The notes under the pieces are model-generated. The model saw nothing but the letters and a program-made list of their open reading frames with translations. It searched no databases and was not told the DNA's origin. A program made the position numbers and the translations under genes. This document shows, piece after piece, positions 38,652 to 53,100 of a stretch of 64,000 nt of DNA (positions are counted from its first letter, which is position 1; each line of letters starts with the position of its first letter). The stretch comes from Antedon mediterranea (taxonomy: Eukaryota; Animalia; Echinodermata). Location: positions 21,811,175 through 21,875,174 of the forward strand of contig NC_092677.1 in the NCBI RefSeq assembly GCF_964355755.1, written 5' to 3'.

Positions 38652-40278
38652 ATAGTTGGATAGTCCCTTCAACACCTCCTTCAACTATTTAGCAATTCGG
38701 TGAATAAAATTGCACGGCTAGTAAATTATTGAACAGAACAGAACACTTAAATTGAAATTGAAAGATCGATATCAAGTGGTTTAAAGGTAGCGGTTTTTAA
38801 TAGACATTAAAAACCTAAAGTATTTGGTTGAAAAGCGAAATTGAAATTTTGGTTTTGTTTTATACTCTGTACAAATTTATAAATAATAATAATGTGAGAA
38901 ATTTGCAAGTTGAAGAAATTTTATGCAATGACATGGGTGTCGGATATTAGCAAGTTTAATATCCTGCTTTGGATTACTGTACTTCTGTATGCTAACTATA
39001 AAGGTTCCCAAGAAGTGATAATGTACTGTAGGATCAATACTATTGTGGTAGCCAGGGCCAATCAGAAGGGCATGAGAGTGCACATTTGTATCCTGCATTA
39101 GCATACTAACTAAAAAACAGAATTTACAGAATTCAACTGTAATGACTGACGTACATTATTTTCAACATAAGTGCATGTCTCCATGTTATAGACAAGGATG
39201 TGTTGCAGTAGATAATCTTGAGTTGATTGTTAAACTTGCCTTACTGTAAACTTGACTGTGTTTATACAACACCCTAAATTTGAACATGTCTTTAATTTTT
39301 AGCATGTTGAAACCCCACAAAAACCTTGCAGTTATACAGTACATTAAATCGTAATACCATGTTATCCCGTAGTTCATTATCCTAAGTTGTATATATACTC
39401 ACATATGAATTAATATAAGTTTATTAAGGATTTTAATAAGGGATGATTTTTTAGTTTATTCAGTTATCGATTTTTAAATCTGTTTTTGAAATTAGAAAAA
39501 AAATGTTTTAGAATTATGATAAAACTATTTTACATTTTGCCAAATTATGCCAACATTTGATTAGCTTTAATGTTAAGTCCTAAATCGGTTAAAGTAGGCA
39601 AAAAAAACTCAATTATCTACTAGATTTGGTCAACATTTTTCAATCAATACTGTTACCAATGGTGTCACGATATCTAAATGTAACACATTTTTTACTAACT
39701 ATCAAATTTCAGAGCAACACCCTTTATTTTTTTCTGTCACTAATTTTAAATTTAGATCCCATTTCATCAATTAAAATATCCATTACATTGTAGAACTCCA
39801 TGGCTGGAAGAGAATATTTGTGAATAGGAAATTGTGATTTAAACTGCTGACTTATTTAGCATTTACCTATACAGTAATTCAAAATAATTCTATATAACGT
39901 TTTGCTTCATATTTTTTTTTTCTAACTTTTTAAAATCATTGATTGATAATAATAATTAATTTGCAAATTGATTATATTTATTACAATATATTATCGTAGT
40001 GGAAGTACCTTAATCGGGGACTTTCCTTGTGATTCAGCTCAAACACTTGAGGGCAACCCCCTTAAGATTGTTCTGCGACCGCCCCTGAATTTATACAGTA
40101 CTACTGTAGTCAAAGGAGAATTTAAATATTTGTGCTATACTGTAGTAACTTGTAATTATTTTAATATGTTAAAATTTTAAATTTATAGTGAGAAAATTAT
40201 TTCAAGTATTAATGAACATACAAATTGCTAACATAGGATTATTGTAACTGAAAGCTTTATTGCCAACAATTTATTTAA

Positions 40279-40869
40279 AGACCCATTCCCTACAATTTTT
40301 GTAAAAATAATGCATACAGTATATTACTGTACTTTAAAAACATTAAACCAGGTCATTCCTTGTCTTACTGTAAATGTACGTTTTATGGTAAATTATGATA
40401 AAAAAAAGCGACAAACAATGCACTACCTAAGTAGCTCACGGTGAGTGTCCTTTCGTTGGCCATCTTTTGTAGACCTAGCTGGTAAACACCGGTATGTACA
40501 AACATCGTATGAGAGCTATAGGCCTAGCCTGATGTTGTATAGTTACTGCGTTAATTATCTTTCTGTTTTTGACAGACTCCGTTGATACAAATTGGGGGAA
40601 CCTAATATTTTCGCTGAAAAGTTAGGAGTCTTCTATTTGTTTTGGCCTCACGATCGATCGGTGGGTGAATTACAGAAGAAAAACAAAAATATCAATCCGC
40701 GCGCAATGCATGTTGGGATTTATAGCGGGCCACTAAAATGATTAGAATCGTCTTATTTTCCACATTAACAATTTAAAGACGAAAACAGTTATCTGAATAG
40801 GACCATATAGTATTTATTTTTACATTAAATGTAGTTTGTAACCTTAAATTACAGTAGATCTGAAAAACG
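40279..40869 (-). mobile_element. Kolobok-like family 1 copy, reverse orientation, one end missing
   Basis: TTAA|agacccattccctac; body is the reverse complement of 2280-2894. Confidence 0.8.
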
Positions 40870-41029
40870 CCTTGACCCTAACCTTTTGTAACATTTTTCA
40901 AAATGTAGTTCACAAATAACAAAATGTTTCAAAACAAATTCAATTGTCGACAACCTATGGAGATACATACATACCCTGGGTTGTGGGTCAAAGTTCAGAA
41001 GTGCCATTTCTGTTCATTTGTATTCTTAC

Positions 41030-41160
41030 AGAAAACGCATCACCCACAAATGTGAAAACAACCGTAAATATGAAAACAACCACAAATGTGAAAACGCATC
41101 ACCCACAAATGTAATAAACAGCGCCCACAAATGTGAAAACGACAATCGCCCACAAATATA
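41030..41160 (+). repeat. Minisatellite-like cluster of ccacaaatgtgaaaac
   Basis: Five to six imperfect copies. Confidence 0.7.
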
Positions 41161-42650
41161 AAAAAAAAATCAAATCAAATTTAGTGCTAGACTGAAACAA
41201 TTTTGATAGAGTTAATATATATATCATGTGTATTGAGTTGTTCAATAATTGTGTATTCAAGATACGTCTGTTAGGGTCGTCGTTAACACATTGGATTATT
41301 ACCATTTGCTGGTCGTGTGCGCGATATTTGCATGTTAACTTTATGTTGGTTTAATGTACGTAATAGTTCAACACGATATTTGTTATTTGCTGCGCGCGTG
41401 CACGGTACTTCTGATCAAGATCATGGCCACATTGTTGTGTGTGGTTGTTTCATTTCATTTAATTATTTATTTGGTCTATTTCAGTACATAACAAAAAGAA
41501 ACTAAAATTGGGTAGACCAGGATCAACCTAAGTGAACTGAATCACTGTAGCTGAGCTGGTTGACCCAACCCCAAAGTCAGTTTACACATCAAATTCAAAG
41601 ACAAAAAGACAAAATACAGTTATTACAGCGAATCAAATGAATATGAACTTTTCTAATGAAGGCTGATGGGCTTTCTAGTTGGCTTACTATTATGTATGTA
41701 CAGTATTGTTCCAAGTCGATGTGTGATGTTTTTTGCATCGACTTGGAACTACTGTATATGTATATAATAGTAAGCCAACGAGTTAACATATTAAATATAA
41801 AAAAATTAATTTCGACAATCAAACAAACTACGACATTTTTTTGGACCGTTAATGTACACAATAATTTATATTGAAAGTAAGAAGAGTTTTGGAATTTTAG
41901 CTATCAATACATGTACTGTACATTTTAGAACCCACTGGTGTCTGCTACTAGATATTTGAGGAAGCCAATTGGTCAATCGTAAATCATATAAACTACACAT
42001 TTAATGTAAAAAAAATATACTAACTTTCTTCATCTTTAATAGTCCAGTAAAATATCACCTTCACCATTGTATAACGTTAGTAGTCAATGAGATTCTCACC
42101 ATAGGTTCTAAACATTATGGAAAGATCATTTATTGATGTTGCGTCGCGTAAAAGTTAGGATTTGCGGAGAAAATGAAGTTTTTATACACAGTTTTTGCTT
42201 CCTTTCGTCGTTGTTTGTTTACATAAAAAAATGACGTCATGAGGCAAAAGTGAATAACACACCATTGTCGACATTTGCGTTCGTATTAAAAAGTGAATTT
42301 TAAATTTACGAATATGGTATTAATTATCTGTATTACATTGTATTATTATGTATCACATATACAGTATATAACAATAATTGTAGGGAATGGGTAAAATATC
42401 ATTTTTTGGTTTAAAATAATTGATAAAAATACATAGCAAACCTTATTGAACCAACATACAAGTGATTGAATTATGTAGTATACAACTCACTACTAAAAAC
42501 CCCTAAAACATAGTCTATATAGGTTGGCAGGTCTGCATTCTGTAAAACATGTTATTTTCAATATTTTATAGTAATTTGCCTTTGGATTTATATATTTATA
42601 TATGTTATATTAATGATTAATTAGTTGTATTTTATATTGTTTTGTTTTAG

Positions 42651-42751
42651 CTTGAAGATTCTACATTGCAACTGTCTCATAATGGACTATACCTAGATTT
42701 GGAATCATCTATTGATGAACAAAGAGATGATTTTGAAGGTTTTCAAAAGAG
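42651..42751 (+). CDS. FHOD3: FHOD coding exon 2 (LEDSTLQLSHNGLYLDLESSIDEQRDDFEGFQK)
   Basis: ttttag / gtactg; phase 0 in, phase 2 out; matches FHOD LQLSHNGxYLDLE. Confidence 0.92.
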
Positions 42752-43163
42752 GTACTGTAACTGTATGTGGTGTGAAATGATACTAAAACTGAATTCCATT
42801 TTTCTGTCCACTTTATAACAAACTTTTAATTGAATTAAAATCAAATTACATTCACTACAACAATTTCCTTGAATTTGGAGGAAACCCATACACATTGATA
42901 CTGTAGCTTTGCACATTATATTTTGTACTAAATTTATTGATTAAACTTTAAATCCTCAATTTAAAAATTACAATTAAAATGAGGCATTTATGATAATTTG
43001 TAAATTACAATTTGAATCCCACTAGAAAAATGTTTAGAACCCTAGTCAGATGCTTACACTGAGCATGAACAGGTTTGTATTCCTGTGATAAATATCAGTC
43101 CAATTAAAATGCTTTGGCTAATTAGAACAATAAATAAGAAGTTATGTATATTTTCTTTTGCAG

Positions 43164-43228
43164 TGAAGGAAGGAAGAATTCTATTCTGCTGCGGACACAG
43201 CTGTCTGTTAGAGTTCATGCTTGTATAG
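43164..43228 (+). CDS. FHOD3: FHOD coding exon 3 (EGRKNSILLRTQLSVRVHACI)
   Basis: tttgcag / gtgaga; LRTQLSVRVHACI motif. No following exon was recognised, so 43229-64000 is presumed intron. Confidence 0.92.
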
Positions 43229-43349
43229 GTGAGATTTTATAGTGATACCAATTTTATAAACTGTTAAAACTGTGTTTTAAGTTGGCAGTGTTAAATTCAA
43301 ATTTAGTAAAAATTAGTTTAAATTCAAAATTAAATGAGCAAATTAATTA

Positions 43350-43755
43350 ATGCGCGGATAACCCAGACTCTTCAAAGTGACGAGTTTAAATCTAGTTTTC
43401 TGTATTTTTCTTTCCTTCTGGCCTTGTCCCACTTGTCCCTAAAATGTGTAAATCAGAACATCATAACTTTGTCAACATATCGACATTTACATGAAGTTGT
43501 GCACCTTTTTGAATGACGCCAGAGTTACGTAATTAGGTTTGACCGCAATTTTATGAATTTCAATGATTCATCATAGACTAAAAAGCAATTTTTTATTGAA
43601 CTTTGTGAAAATTTAAGTTCATATTAAGAGCAAGTTTTCTGTGGATTAAAAATGGCATGTTTAAACAACATTTTCTTCAGGTCATAATGGCATAATCTTG
43701 TTCTGTGCACAATATTTTATAACGTGAAGTTTGCTGTGCAACTCGTCAAATCTAG
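43350..43755 (+). mobile_element. Fragments of the same Helentron-like family
   Basis: gcgcggataaccc..gtgacgagtttaaatctag, then 5'-type sequence and a second aactcgtcaaatctag; solo 3' end also at 52811-52840. Confidence 0.65.
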
Positions 43756-44328
43756 TTATGATTATATTTGTTTTTAAACAAAATAATTTGATTTGATATT
43801 AATACCACAAATACTTTTTCATAATAAACAAAACCTATGCAATGATAGCAATATGAGTAATAGCAAAGTTATAGTACTTCCTATTAATTATTCATTTCCT
43901 TTCTCTATGTCTTCCTTTTTCACATAAAATTTGTAATTTTGTATTTTTAATGTTGTTTGCAGATCTTGTTTTTTTTAAGGTTCTTACATGCCTCAATCAG
44001 TATTTACAATAATAACATAATTCCATAATCCTTATTGTAATTTTAATTTTTAAACCATAAAAGAACTTTTGGTCTGGTTCACAATAAACATCCACAAGAT
44101 ACCAGAAAATATTGATTGATTGAATTGACATTAAATAAGTATAACTTTTAATTCATGTCCCTGTAGTATGTTGTAGGGATAGACAATATTGTTTTGGACT
44201 TTGACATGTAAAGTAGTAAACCAAAAGATGTTATTGACTAAAGCAGCGTTCCGAAACCTTTTTTGACCGCGACCCCATGATCCTATTTTGTGAATTTTCG
44301 TGACCCAACATTGTGTATGGTGGGACCT

Positions 44329-47300
44329 CCCTTTGCAAAAAAGCTGAAAACGTATACGACGTATACGGATCGTATACGATTTCACTGTTTACATTATTTC
44401 CACTCTGTTGCTCCACAAAGAGTTGGCGTCGTATACGTTTAGCATACGTAACGTATACGTTGTTTATTCATGATAAGAATATCGTATACGAATCATATAC
44501 GAACAAACTAGGCCATTTTATAAATTATAATAGCAGCAATGAGTAGAATAGAGCTAAATAAAACATTTAAATTGTCATTACAACAAATACGTACGTAGGC
44601 TCTGGCCTAGCTAGGGCTAGCTAGGCCTCTAGCTAGCACCAGCCATTAGATAGGCCTAGTCTAGTAGTATTAATTATTAGTAGGAGCTAGAACATAAGAT
44701 CATATTTATTTCTATATTTATTAGATAGCCTAGGCTACCGATAACATTCAAACAACGTTTTTCGCAAGTAAATAAAGTACGCTAAACAGGTATACTACTA
44801 GGTAGGCCTAGAAAAAACAAGGGGCCATTTTCACAAATCGACGATGTTGTTTGCAGTTTTCCTTTATAAAATATGACAGAGGTCAGTAAGTGCAGCCGCC
44901 GACGACGACCGAGCGTCGCTCGGTTGCCTACAGTTCCAACTCGTGGTCGACTCGGCTCCCTGGTGGCCAATCATGCATATCATCGGGTGAATCATCGGGT
45001 TCGTCGTTCTCAATTCGTCACGCCACGTGCGAGCTTTGGGTGGTCAAATTACATCGTTATGTTAAGCGATATTATTCCGCGACGTGTGTTGTAGCAATGG
45101 AGATGGAGTAACAATAATTCGGCAATGCCGAAGAGGAAAACCATGACCCAAAACAGAAGTAAGGTCATTATAATAATTATTATTTAACGATGAATACATT
45201 CGGATTTTGAATACCGTATATTTCGGTGTATAAGTCGCACTTTTGACACGCAAATTTGACCTCCAAATTAAGGGTGCGTCTTATACACCGAACATAAATG
45301 CCTCACCACACAGATTGTACATAGGCCTAGGCCTAGGCTATCGTCACCTCGTTTGCTAGGCCTGAGTAGGCTAGGCCTAGCTACAGTAACTAACTAACGT
45401 AACGGCAACCTGCTTCTGCCTAGCCTAGGCCTAGTTTTCAAGTAATTTTAGCATGATGTTATACTAAATATGATGAAAAGATTTGTTCATTATGGCGCTC
45501 CGATAAAATGTCATTTGTAAACGTTTACGTCGTACGATTGGAATAGTATTTATTTATACAGTAGTTATACGCACGATCGCCGTACCCCAAGCGCAAGCCC
45601 TTCTTTTGGTGGCACATGGTGTACGGTATTCGACTAGTATGTTCTCCAGGTGATTATAGCATGGACCTAGCGTACACACTTCTCGGATACATAGATACTA
45701 ATCGAATACGATTGTCCGTGAAAACGTGCGCCCTCTCGAAATGATCGAGCGAGGCTAGCCCACACACGTGCGTGTTACACACACGGTCATGCACTCGATG
45801 TTGCGGCGAAACTCATGAATAACAAGTTAGAAAGAACTTGTTGAGGCTGGGCGCGGCTGAGCCTAGGTAAGAAAAAACCTAAATAAAGGACGCCGTTGTA
45901 GATATAACAAAATATATTATCACAATAATATTGATTAAAATTTTAAAAAACAATGTTTTGATGAAATATAAGGTGCGTCTTATACATCGACGATATAAAA
46001 AATACCGATATTTTACTCTCAGTTTAGGGGTGCGTCTTATACACAGGTGCGACTTATACACCGAAATATACGGTATATATAAATTGTATGAATTATGAAT
46101 TATATATGAATAAAAAAAAAAACACAATTTAAGTGGTGATAGTAAATACAATTATATCGAATCTCAATTTATTCCCGGTAGCGAACAGATTGAATTGCTT
46201 TCATTATTTCTGCTTGGTGATTAAGAAATCATAAAACATATCTTTCTATATTTTCATGGTATTCCAATAATTGTTTAAAAAATAACTACCCTCAACTTTA
46301 AATAACAAATTAAATAAGTCTACTAAACATTGTTGATTTCCCATGGACCCAACAATACCCCAACTATTTCATTAATAATTGTTTATTTGTAACAGTTTAT
46401 TTGAAATCCTTGTCCTTTGTTAATTCAATTGTGTGACAATTAAATTAGATTGTACATGCTTATGCTGTATATTATGTAAAAAGATGATTCATGGTATATA
46501 TCAGATTCTTAAAAAAGATCAACACTTTGAATTCTTAAAATGTGTTCTATATCTTTATTTGGAGTTAGACTCGTACTACATTCATTAAAATGATAAACAA
46601 ATAGCCGGCAGGCGTGTGTACAGAGGGGGCTTATCAATGATGGCGGAAAAATGGGGGCGTAGGGTACCATTTTACCAGGGAGATGTAAAATAATTATTTA
46701 ACAAACATTTAACTGGTTGGTTTTACTGTGTTCGCGTACAATTTATCATTTGGATTTTTTAAGTTATATGTAGGTTATGTTAAATTGTATTTATCAGTGA
46801 CAACTCTAGGAAATTTACAGCAATTAGTTCTGTATGCCTAAAATAGTAAAATGCTCTAAATAAAAACGTCAGAGCTTCTTTTTTGTATTTCTGGCTGTTG
46901 AATGTTTTGTTGGCACCCCCTAACTCTGCAACGATGATATCCATAATGCATCGTATTTCCATTTCACCGTTGTTGATATACTACTAGCTAGAGTAGGTTA
47001 TTAAAATAATACAATACGGTATAACCAAATATAATATATGGGGGAAAGCTAGCTAGCTTATTTTCACAATGAGTGTACCACAGACTCTTTTCCTTGGCGT
47101 ATTTTCCCCAGGCCTAGTTAACTCTTAGTTTACTAGAGCTGCTGCAGTAGCTATATACTGCATATTCGATATATACAATTACAATATGCCTATAGCCTAG
47201 CTAGCTAGAAGTCATCGAATTTACTATCTACCTGGGCCTACTGTAAGGCCTACATCCCATTTTTAATTTTTTTTTATGGTGAGTCAAAACCCGTAGCCAA

Positions 47301-48127
47301 AAAATCAACAATGATGATTGAAAATGAATGAAATCTGATCCATCCATGTGATGCATGCATGCAGCGCACATAACACAGGCACGTTTTGGGCGAATTTATT
47401 TGGATCATTCCATATATATAATAGGGAGCCACATGTATTCTACATTTTTATTAAATCGTAATTTATGGATTTTACTTACTCGTTTTAAATTTAATATACT
47501 GCGGGCCCAATTTAATATTTACTTATTTATTTCCAAGTACATTAATATTATTTAAAGCACTTTCAAATTAATAACAGCACATTTTGTGTGATTCACTTAT
47601 TAATGGAACATACAAAAGGTAAAGAAATAGCAGAGGGGATAAACAAGGCAGAACAGCCTGGGTGGGTTTTTATGCTTGCTAGAAAAACAACGTCTAGTAA
47701 AATACAGCACTAAATTTTCATTCGCGAAAACTATGAACTAAATCATCATAGGGAATTTAATGTACATATACCGACTGAAAAAAAACCAAATTGTACATTA
47801 ATTATTGAAGTCAAGAAGATGCTCCTGCGATCGTAAACGTATGCTATCGTCGTCTTGTAAAAAGAGGGACAGTCCCTTTTCGCTTGGTAATACGATGCAG
47901 TTTGTATACACGCGTCGTCGTATACGGATCATATACGGATCGTATACGGAGCGTATAATTAGGAAATTGTTTATAAATGATCGTATACGGTTCGTATATG
48001 TTTATTATGCGGGCAGGAACTTCCGAATTGACGTATACGTTTCGTATACGAAGTGGACTTCCTATACGAAACATATACGAAACGTATGTAAATCGTATAC
48101 GTTCGTATACGGTTTTTTTGCAAAGGG
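44329..48127. mobile_element. EnSpm/CACTA-like non-autonomous element (CCC..GGG ends, 2-bp TSD)
   Basis: TIR ccctttgcaaaaaa / ttttttgcaaaggg; TSD CT; many subterminal CGTATACG palindromes; empty-site paralog at about 33262. Confidence 0.85.
45214..46073. mobile_element. pogo/Tc2-like MITE inside the EnSpm-like element
   Basis: Perfect 27-bp TIR ccgtatatttcggtgtataagtcgcac; TA TSD. Confidence 0.9.
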
Positions 48128-48650
48128 CTGTAGCAAATCAAATTTAGTTAAATGACATCCCTAGATGGCTGGAAATTGTACTCTCGCACGTAAAATCATG
48201 ATAAATGGCACCTCTAGTTGGCTGGAAATGACATTCTAATAATAGCGCGCTCGCAATTGGCAAAACAATCGTAGCCTACTTTTTCCGCCGGTAAACATAT
48301 TTGTGTTATTGCTAACGTCAAGGGGTTCTCCCGAACCATAAAGATTTCCCCTGGCCTGAACAACATCGCTATGAGTGTAATTTGGGATGGACCTGTTTAT
48401 ATTGTTCTTTCTATTATTCTAATGTTCATTATAAAAGTTCCCACCATCAAAGTTCGCAGTTTTTCAGTCAAGTTACCCACTCATTTGCAAACTACAGAAA
48501 AATAGCGTTGTAGAACCAGTTGGTAGGTTATTAAATCCACGTCCTAAAAGGGGATTTCCCCACTTGTATATTAACATGAACTATGCGGCAAAAGCGTCCA
48601 TTGCTCGTCGTCGATTCCCAATTGTCTGTACGCTACAAACTCACTGTGCG
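48128..48650 (+). repeat. Second copy of the 33262-33850 repeat; its 5' part, with a hAT-like end, lies at about 44243-44328
   Basis: Direct alignment by eye. Confidence 0.8.
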
Positions 48651-49956
48651 TCAACATTAGGAAAATCTATAGATGTAAAATGTAATCAGTGTTGTAGATT
48701 CTACGTGCAAAGTACAGTGCCAGTTGTACGTTCTTAAGTCGCGACGTATCAATTCAAGTTAAATCGCAGCAGTACAAGTTAAATTGCGTCATTTTAAGTA
48801 AAATTGCATCAACTTACTATTAGTTAATCATTTTTTTTAAAGACGAAAACTACTCAGTAGTTATGTCAGATATTTTTATTTTTACATATCTTGATTATTT
48901 ATATGATTGAATAAATAATAGTATAAACCATGCGAAGATCACAATTAATAATTTGACACAATAATTCAACTAAAATGTTTGGATAGACTTCATTATTTTT
49001 ATATATAAATATACAGTACAGTATACATAATATTAAATACCGGTAGTTATTTATTTACTTATCTCAATACATTATTTTTTTTATTCATTGAATGTCACAA
49101 TCAATGTAATAAAAACAAAATGTATTGAATTACAGTTTAAAAAGAACTAGATGTTAATAAATAAATAATACTAAATAATAGGTAATAAGATAGATAATTA
49201 AAGGAAACAGCATGAAACATAAACAATCTTGATATAGTATGTTTTGAAACATTTAGTTTTTTCTTGCATTGGCCGACTTCATACAGAGACAGATTAGTTA
49301 CCATTTGGTATTAATAAAGACTAGGCATTTGACATTTACTGTATTTATGTTATACTGTACCATTGGTACAGTATACAGTAGTAACAGTTATTTATATAGT
49401 AATAGTTATTTATAAGTTGATGTCTGTAATCTCAAACAACCTTTACTGTTTACAATCAAAATGTCTTGTATTTAAGTAGAGGTGCACGGAACATGCATTT
49501 AAATATCTCTACAACATTGGACATTGATGGATCAATTCATGTGCTCCTGTATAAGGTATAATTATGAATTATTATTATCATAAAGTTAATTAAGTTCAGT
49601 GCACTTGGTTGGTCATGGAAGCCATACAGTTCACTGGTTATGATGAATTTGGCCTGGAAAAGTAAATGTAAAAATATTTAAAGATTCCACAAAAATGATT
49701 ATAATTTTAATATTACAATTTGATTAAGAATATATTTTAATAAATGTTAAATGCATTTTATTTGCTTACATATTTACTTGAAACCATCTTACACTTTTCA
49801 CTTCCAGTCGATACTTTAGAAAGATAAACCATACTGATACTCCTTAGTTAGTTGTCTCATTCCCATTCCTAATACCGTACTGGAAAAAAGAAGTTGCATT
49901 GTTTAACTACAATCAATTATAATTTTTTTGATTTTCATATTTCATTTTTAGGAATA

Positions 49957-50142
49957 CAGTCAACTCTCCCAATACCGGACTCTCTGAAAACCAGAAACTC
50001 TCCCAATACCAGACCTTTTTTGAGGACCAAAAGGTCCCAAATTTATTTTTACCATTAAAAACACATTCCGAAAACCAGACTTTCCGGAAAACCAGACTTA
50101 TTTGGCCGGCCCAAAGGTGTCCGGTATTGGCAGAGTTGACTG
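49957..50142. mobile_element. Tigger-like MITE (186 bp)
   Basis: TIR cagtcaactct.ccaataccgga / tccggtattgg.agagttgactg; TA TSD. Confidence 0.88.
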
Positions 50143-53100
50143 TATCTAATCAATTTCAGTGTAAATAGGTTTTTTTTTCCGCGCCGAAGCTTTAGCCAGC
50201 AATGTCACAAGAGGACATTACTCATTAAGAAGCTTTATCATCGCGGCCTACAGTTTTGGGAATTTGTGAACTCGACTATAATTTATAGGTCCCAGCTGCT
50301 GGACCCAAAAAACGACTGGGAAAAGAGAGTCTATGAGGGCTCACAGTTGAACAATTTTGGATTCTCGTCCTTTGATTGGTTGACGCGAATCAACAGACTG
50401 TGGAAGAATTTTCTCACTTGTACCACCGTGAAGTCATGTTGTCTCTGCATGCCTACAGGTTAAGGTCATACACACACACAGCACATTAAAGTTCAAAATT
50501 GACCATTTTTAAATGCCATTTTTTAATTAGTAGATTAATATTTGTTGGCAAATAATACATTGTTGGAAAGGTACACATGTCTTTCAAATGCTGTTGAAAA
50601 TTAGCAGAAATATCAATTATTCAATGAAATACAACCAGATTACTAACACCCACCAAAATGGGCATGATGTGATTTATAATTAAATTGCTATAATGTTAGA
50701 TTTTGTGTATTTTTGCGATTAACCAATATATTTTGTTACATGATAACAAAAACATATTTTCTATAAATTATTATACTGTATATCTGAAGAAATAACAACT
50801 TTTTTGTAAGAAATATTTCTTGTTTATGATTCACTTACCAGTTGATACTTTCTACAAAATGAAAACATAATCCATGTTGTCTGTTGTCATTCCTCCTATT
50901 GTATGCTCTTCTGTAGGCCTATAATATAATGGGAAAATACAAGTTGCATTGTTATTAGTAATAATTAAAAACAATTAATATAGGCTTCTACTTGAAATTC
51001 CTTTTATTTCCTTGGTGTTTTTACATACAAAACTTTGCATGTGTTCCGTAATCGACGCCATGTTGTTATTGTGTACAGGCTTTTTTATCAAATCGTAAAT
51101 ATATGTCGCACTAAACTTTCGATGAAACTATATTTAAATCAATATTTTTTTTTAATATTTTTTTTTTATATTGATTGTTTTAAGATTTTATGTACTGTAA
51201 GTAAGTATTTTATATTCAACTGAGTAATAATTTGATGAATCAATAATATTTTGAAAAGGTCATGGGTCAACACAAGTAAAAATAAATTTAAAGTAACCAA
51301 CTAAAGGTTTGGTTAGAAATTGATTTTGGATAAGATTGATATGCTGAATTCACAAAATGGCCCTTAATGATGAAAACAGCTTGTGACTAGTTTTATTATC
51401 ATGAGAAAGATATTTGTGAAAATTAAAAAATGATTGAGATTGACTCATAATTATTGGTGTTATGCATCAGAAACAGACCAAAGATGATAATGTCTCTAAA
51501 TACCTCTTTTATACCACCGAGCTTAGAAAACACCTGTGTTATGTCCGAATAGATTTCCCTTTCACACTTAATTCATTAACCCAGGAATGACACGGGTTGC
51601 ATGTATTTACAAAAAGGGGTACCAGTCACTACTTTATGATCAAAAAACCATAACTCTGTAGGTCTATATCTAGTATCTGTCTACTGAGACCACAAGTGGC
51701 TGTGTTTTTACTTCCCTAGGAGATATAATCAAATTCTTATTTGGGTTAACTTTAATCTCAGCTTGATAATAATTTAAAATTCACAATAGAATTCCAGTCT
51801 ATGTGAAATGTACTTATTATGATAATGCATATAACCTTATTGATTCTGTAAGAATCTTTATTTATTTATTCTGTCTATTTTGTCTTTCAATTATCTTGAG
51901 ATCAATTTCACGACTTATTGAAATCACGTTTGTAATCATATCTTCACAAGCATATTTTACAGTATAAACCAAATTTGGTACTCACAAATTTCAGGTCATA
52001 TTTCATCATATGACAATACAATGCATACCGCATAAAGCATGCGTACACATGCTTACAATTTTCAAAATTTATTATTTAAGAGTATGTTTCAGGCAATTTT
52101 AAACATTTAAAATTTGCCATGAGTGCGCATAATTTTGCGTTAAAAGGTAATGCGCACCCTTTTTTCCTGATTCCTATTTTACAACGGGTATTGCTAAACC
52201 CCGCACACCCCCGCAAACCTCCAAAAAAACATAGCAAACCCCACCAAACCAACATAAAAGTGATTGAATCATGTAGTGTACAACCCACTGGGTATATCCA
52301 TGTAAAAAGAATATTAAATTTCTACTGTCAACTACTTATTTTTGGGGTAAAACATTTATTTTTCTGTATAGATTGCACTGCATAGTAAATACACGAAAGA
52401 GGAATCTTTCTTCAACAGTTGTGTATGGCTCGGTGGTCTGTGCTCTCGTCTATATAGCGTTAGGTACCGAGATCGAGTCTCACCTTGGGAGACGAAACAA
52501 AATAAGATTTATTTTTATATCCGTATTGTTTGTTCAATTTTATTTCTTTGTGTATAGATTATTATTATATAAGATTGTAATTTATAATGAAACAGTAAAA
52601 AAAAAAAACTTGTGTCTTTATTATTATGTAACAAGGGTGGTTTATGACATACGCGGAGGGATATTCGAACGGAATGGCTATTGTATTTGCGGTAGCAAGA
52701 TCCTATCTTCATATATTATAAATAATTAAAGATTCTGACAAAATCAATCAAACAACATATATTTTAAAAATCAATTATCTTTATTTAAATCAATGCATAT
52801 ATATAACCTATAATTCGTCATAGTGACGAATTAAATCTAGTTAGTTAGTACAATATTTCCATATTCCATAAAATAAGCAATCTGTACCTTGAAATGTCCC
52901 CCTTAGCTGGGGGCCAGGGTGAAGCCAAGGGCCGCCGGTGGGGCGAATCCCCTGGAAGCATCGGTGTTTACCGTAACCCGAGGCCGTTTTAATCAGATTT
53001 AGGGGAGGCAAGTTTTGTCATTTTGTTATGGTAGATAATCAATTATTTCATTGGGATTTTTGATGGTGATCCACCAAGGTCGCTTTTCGAAGAACTGTTC

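Noticed and set aside
39186-39377. Possible minus-strand LINE ORF2 relic (MLKIKDMFKF)
   Set aside because: Too short and decayed to support.
52420-52490. Possible tRNA-derived SINE head (tggctcggtgg ... gagatcgagtc)
   Set aside because: Boxes are degenerate, with no cloverleaf or second copy; too weak to call.
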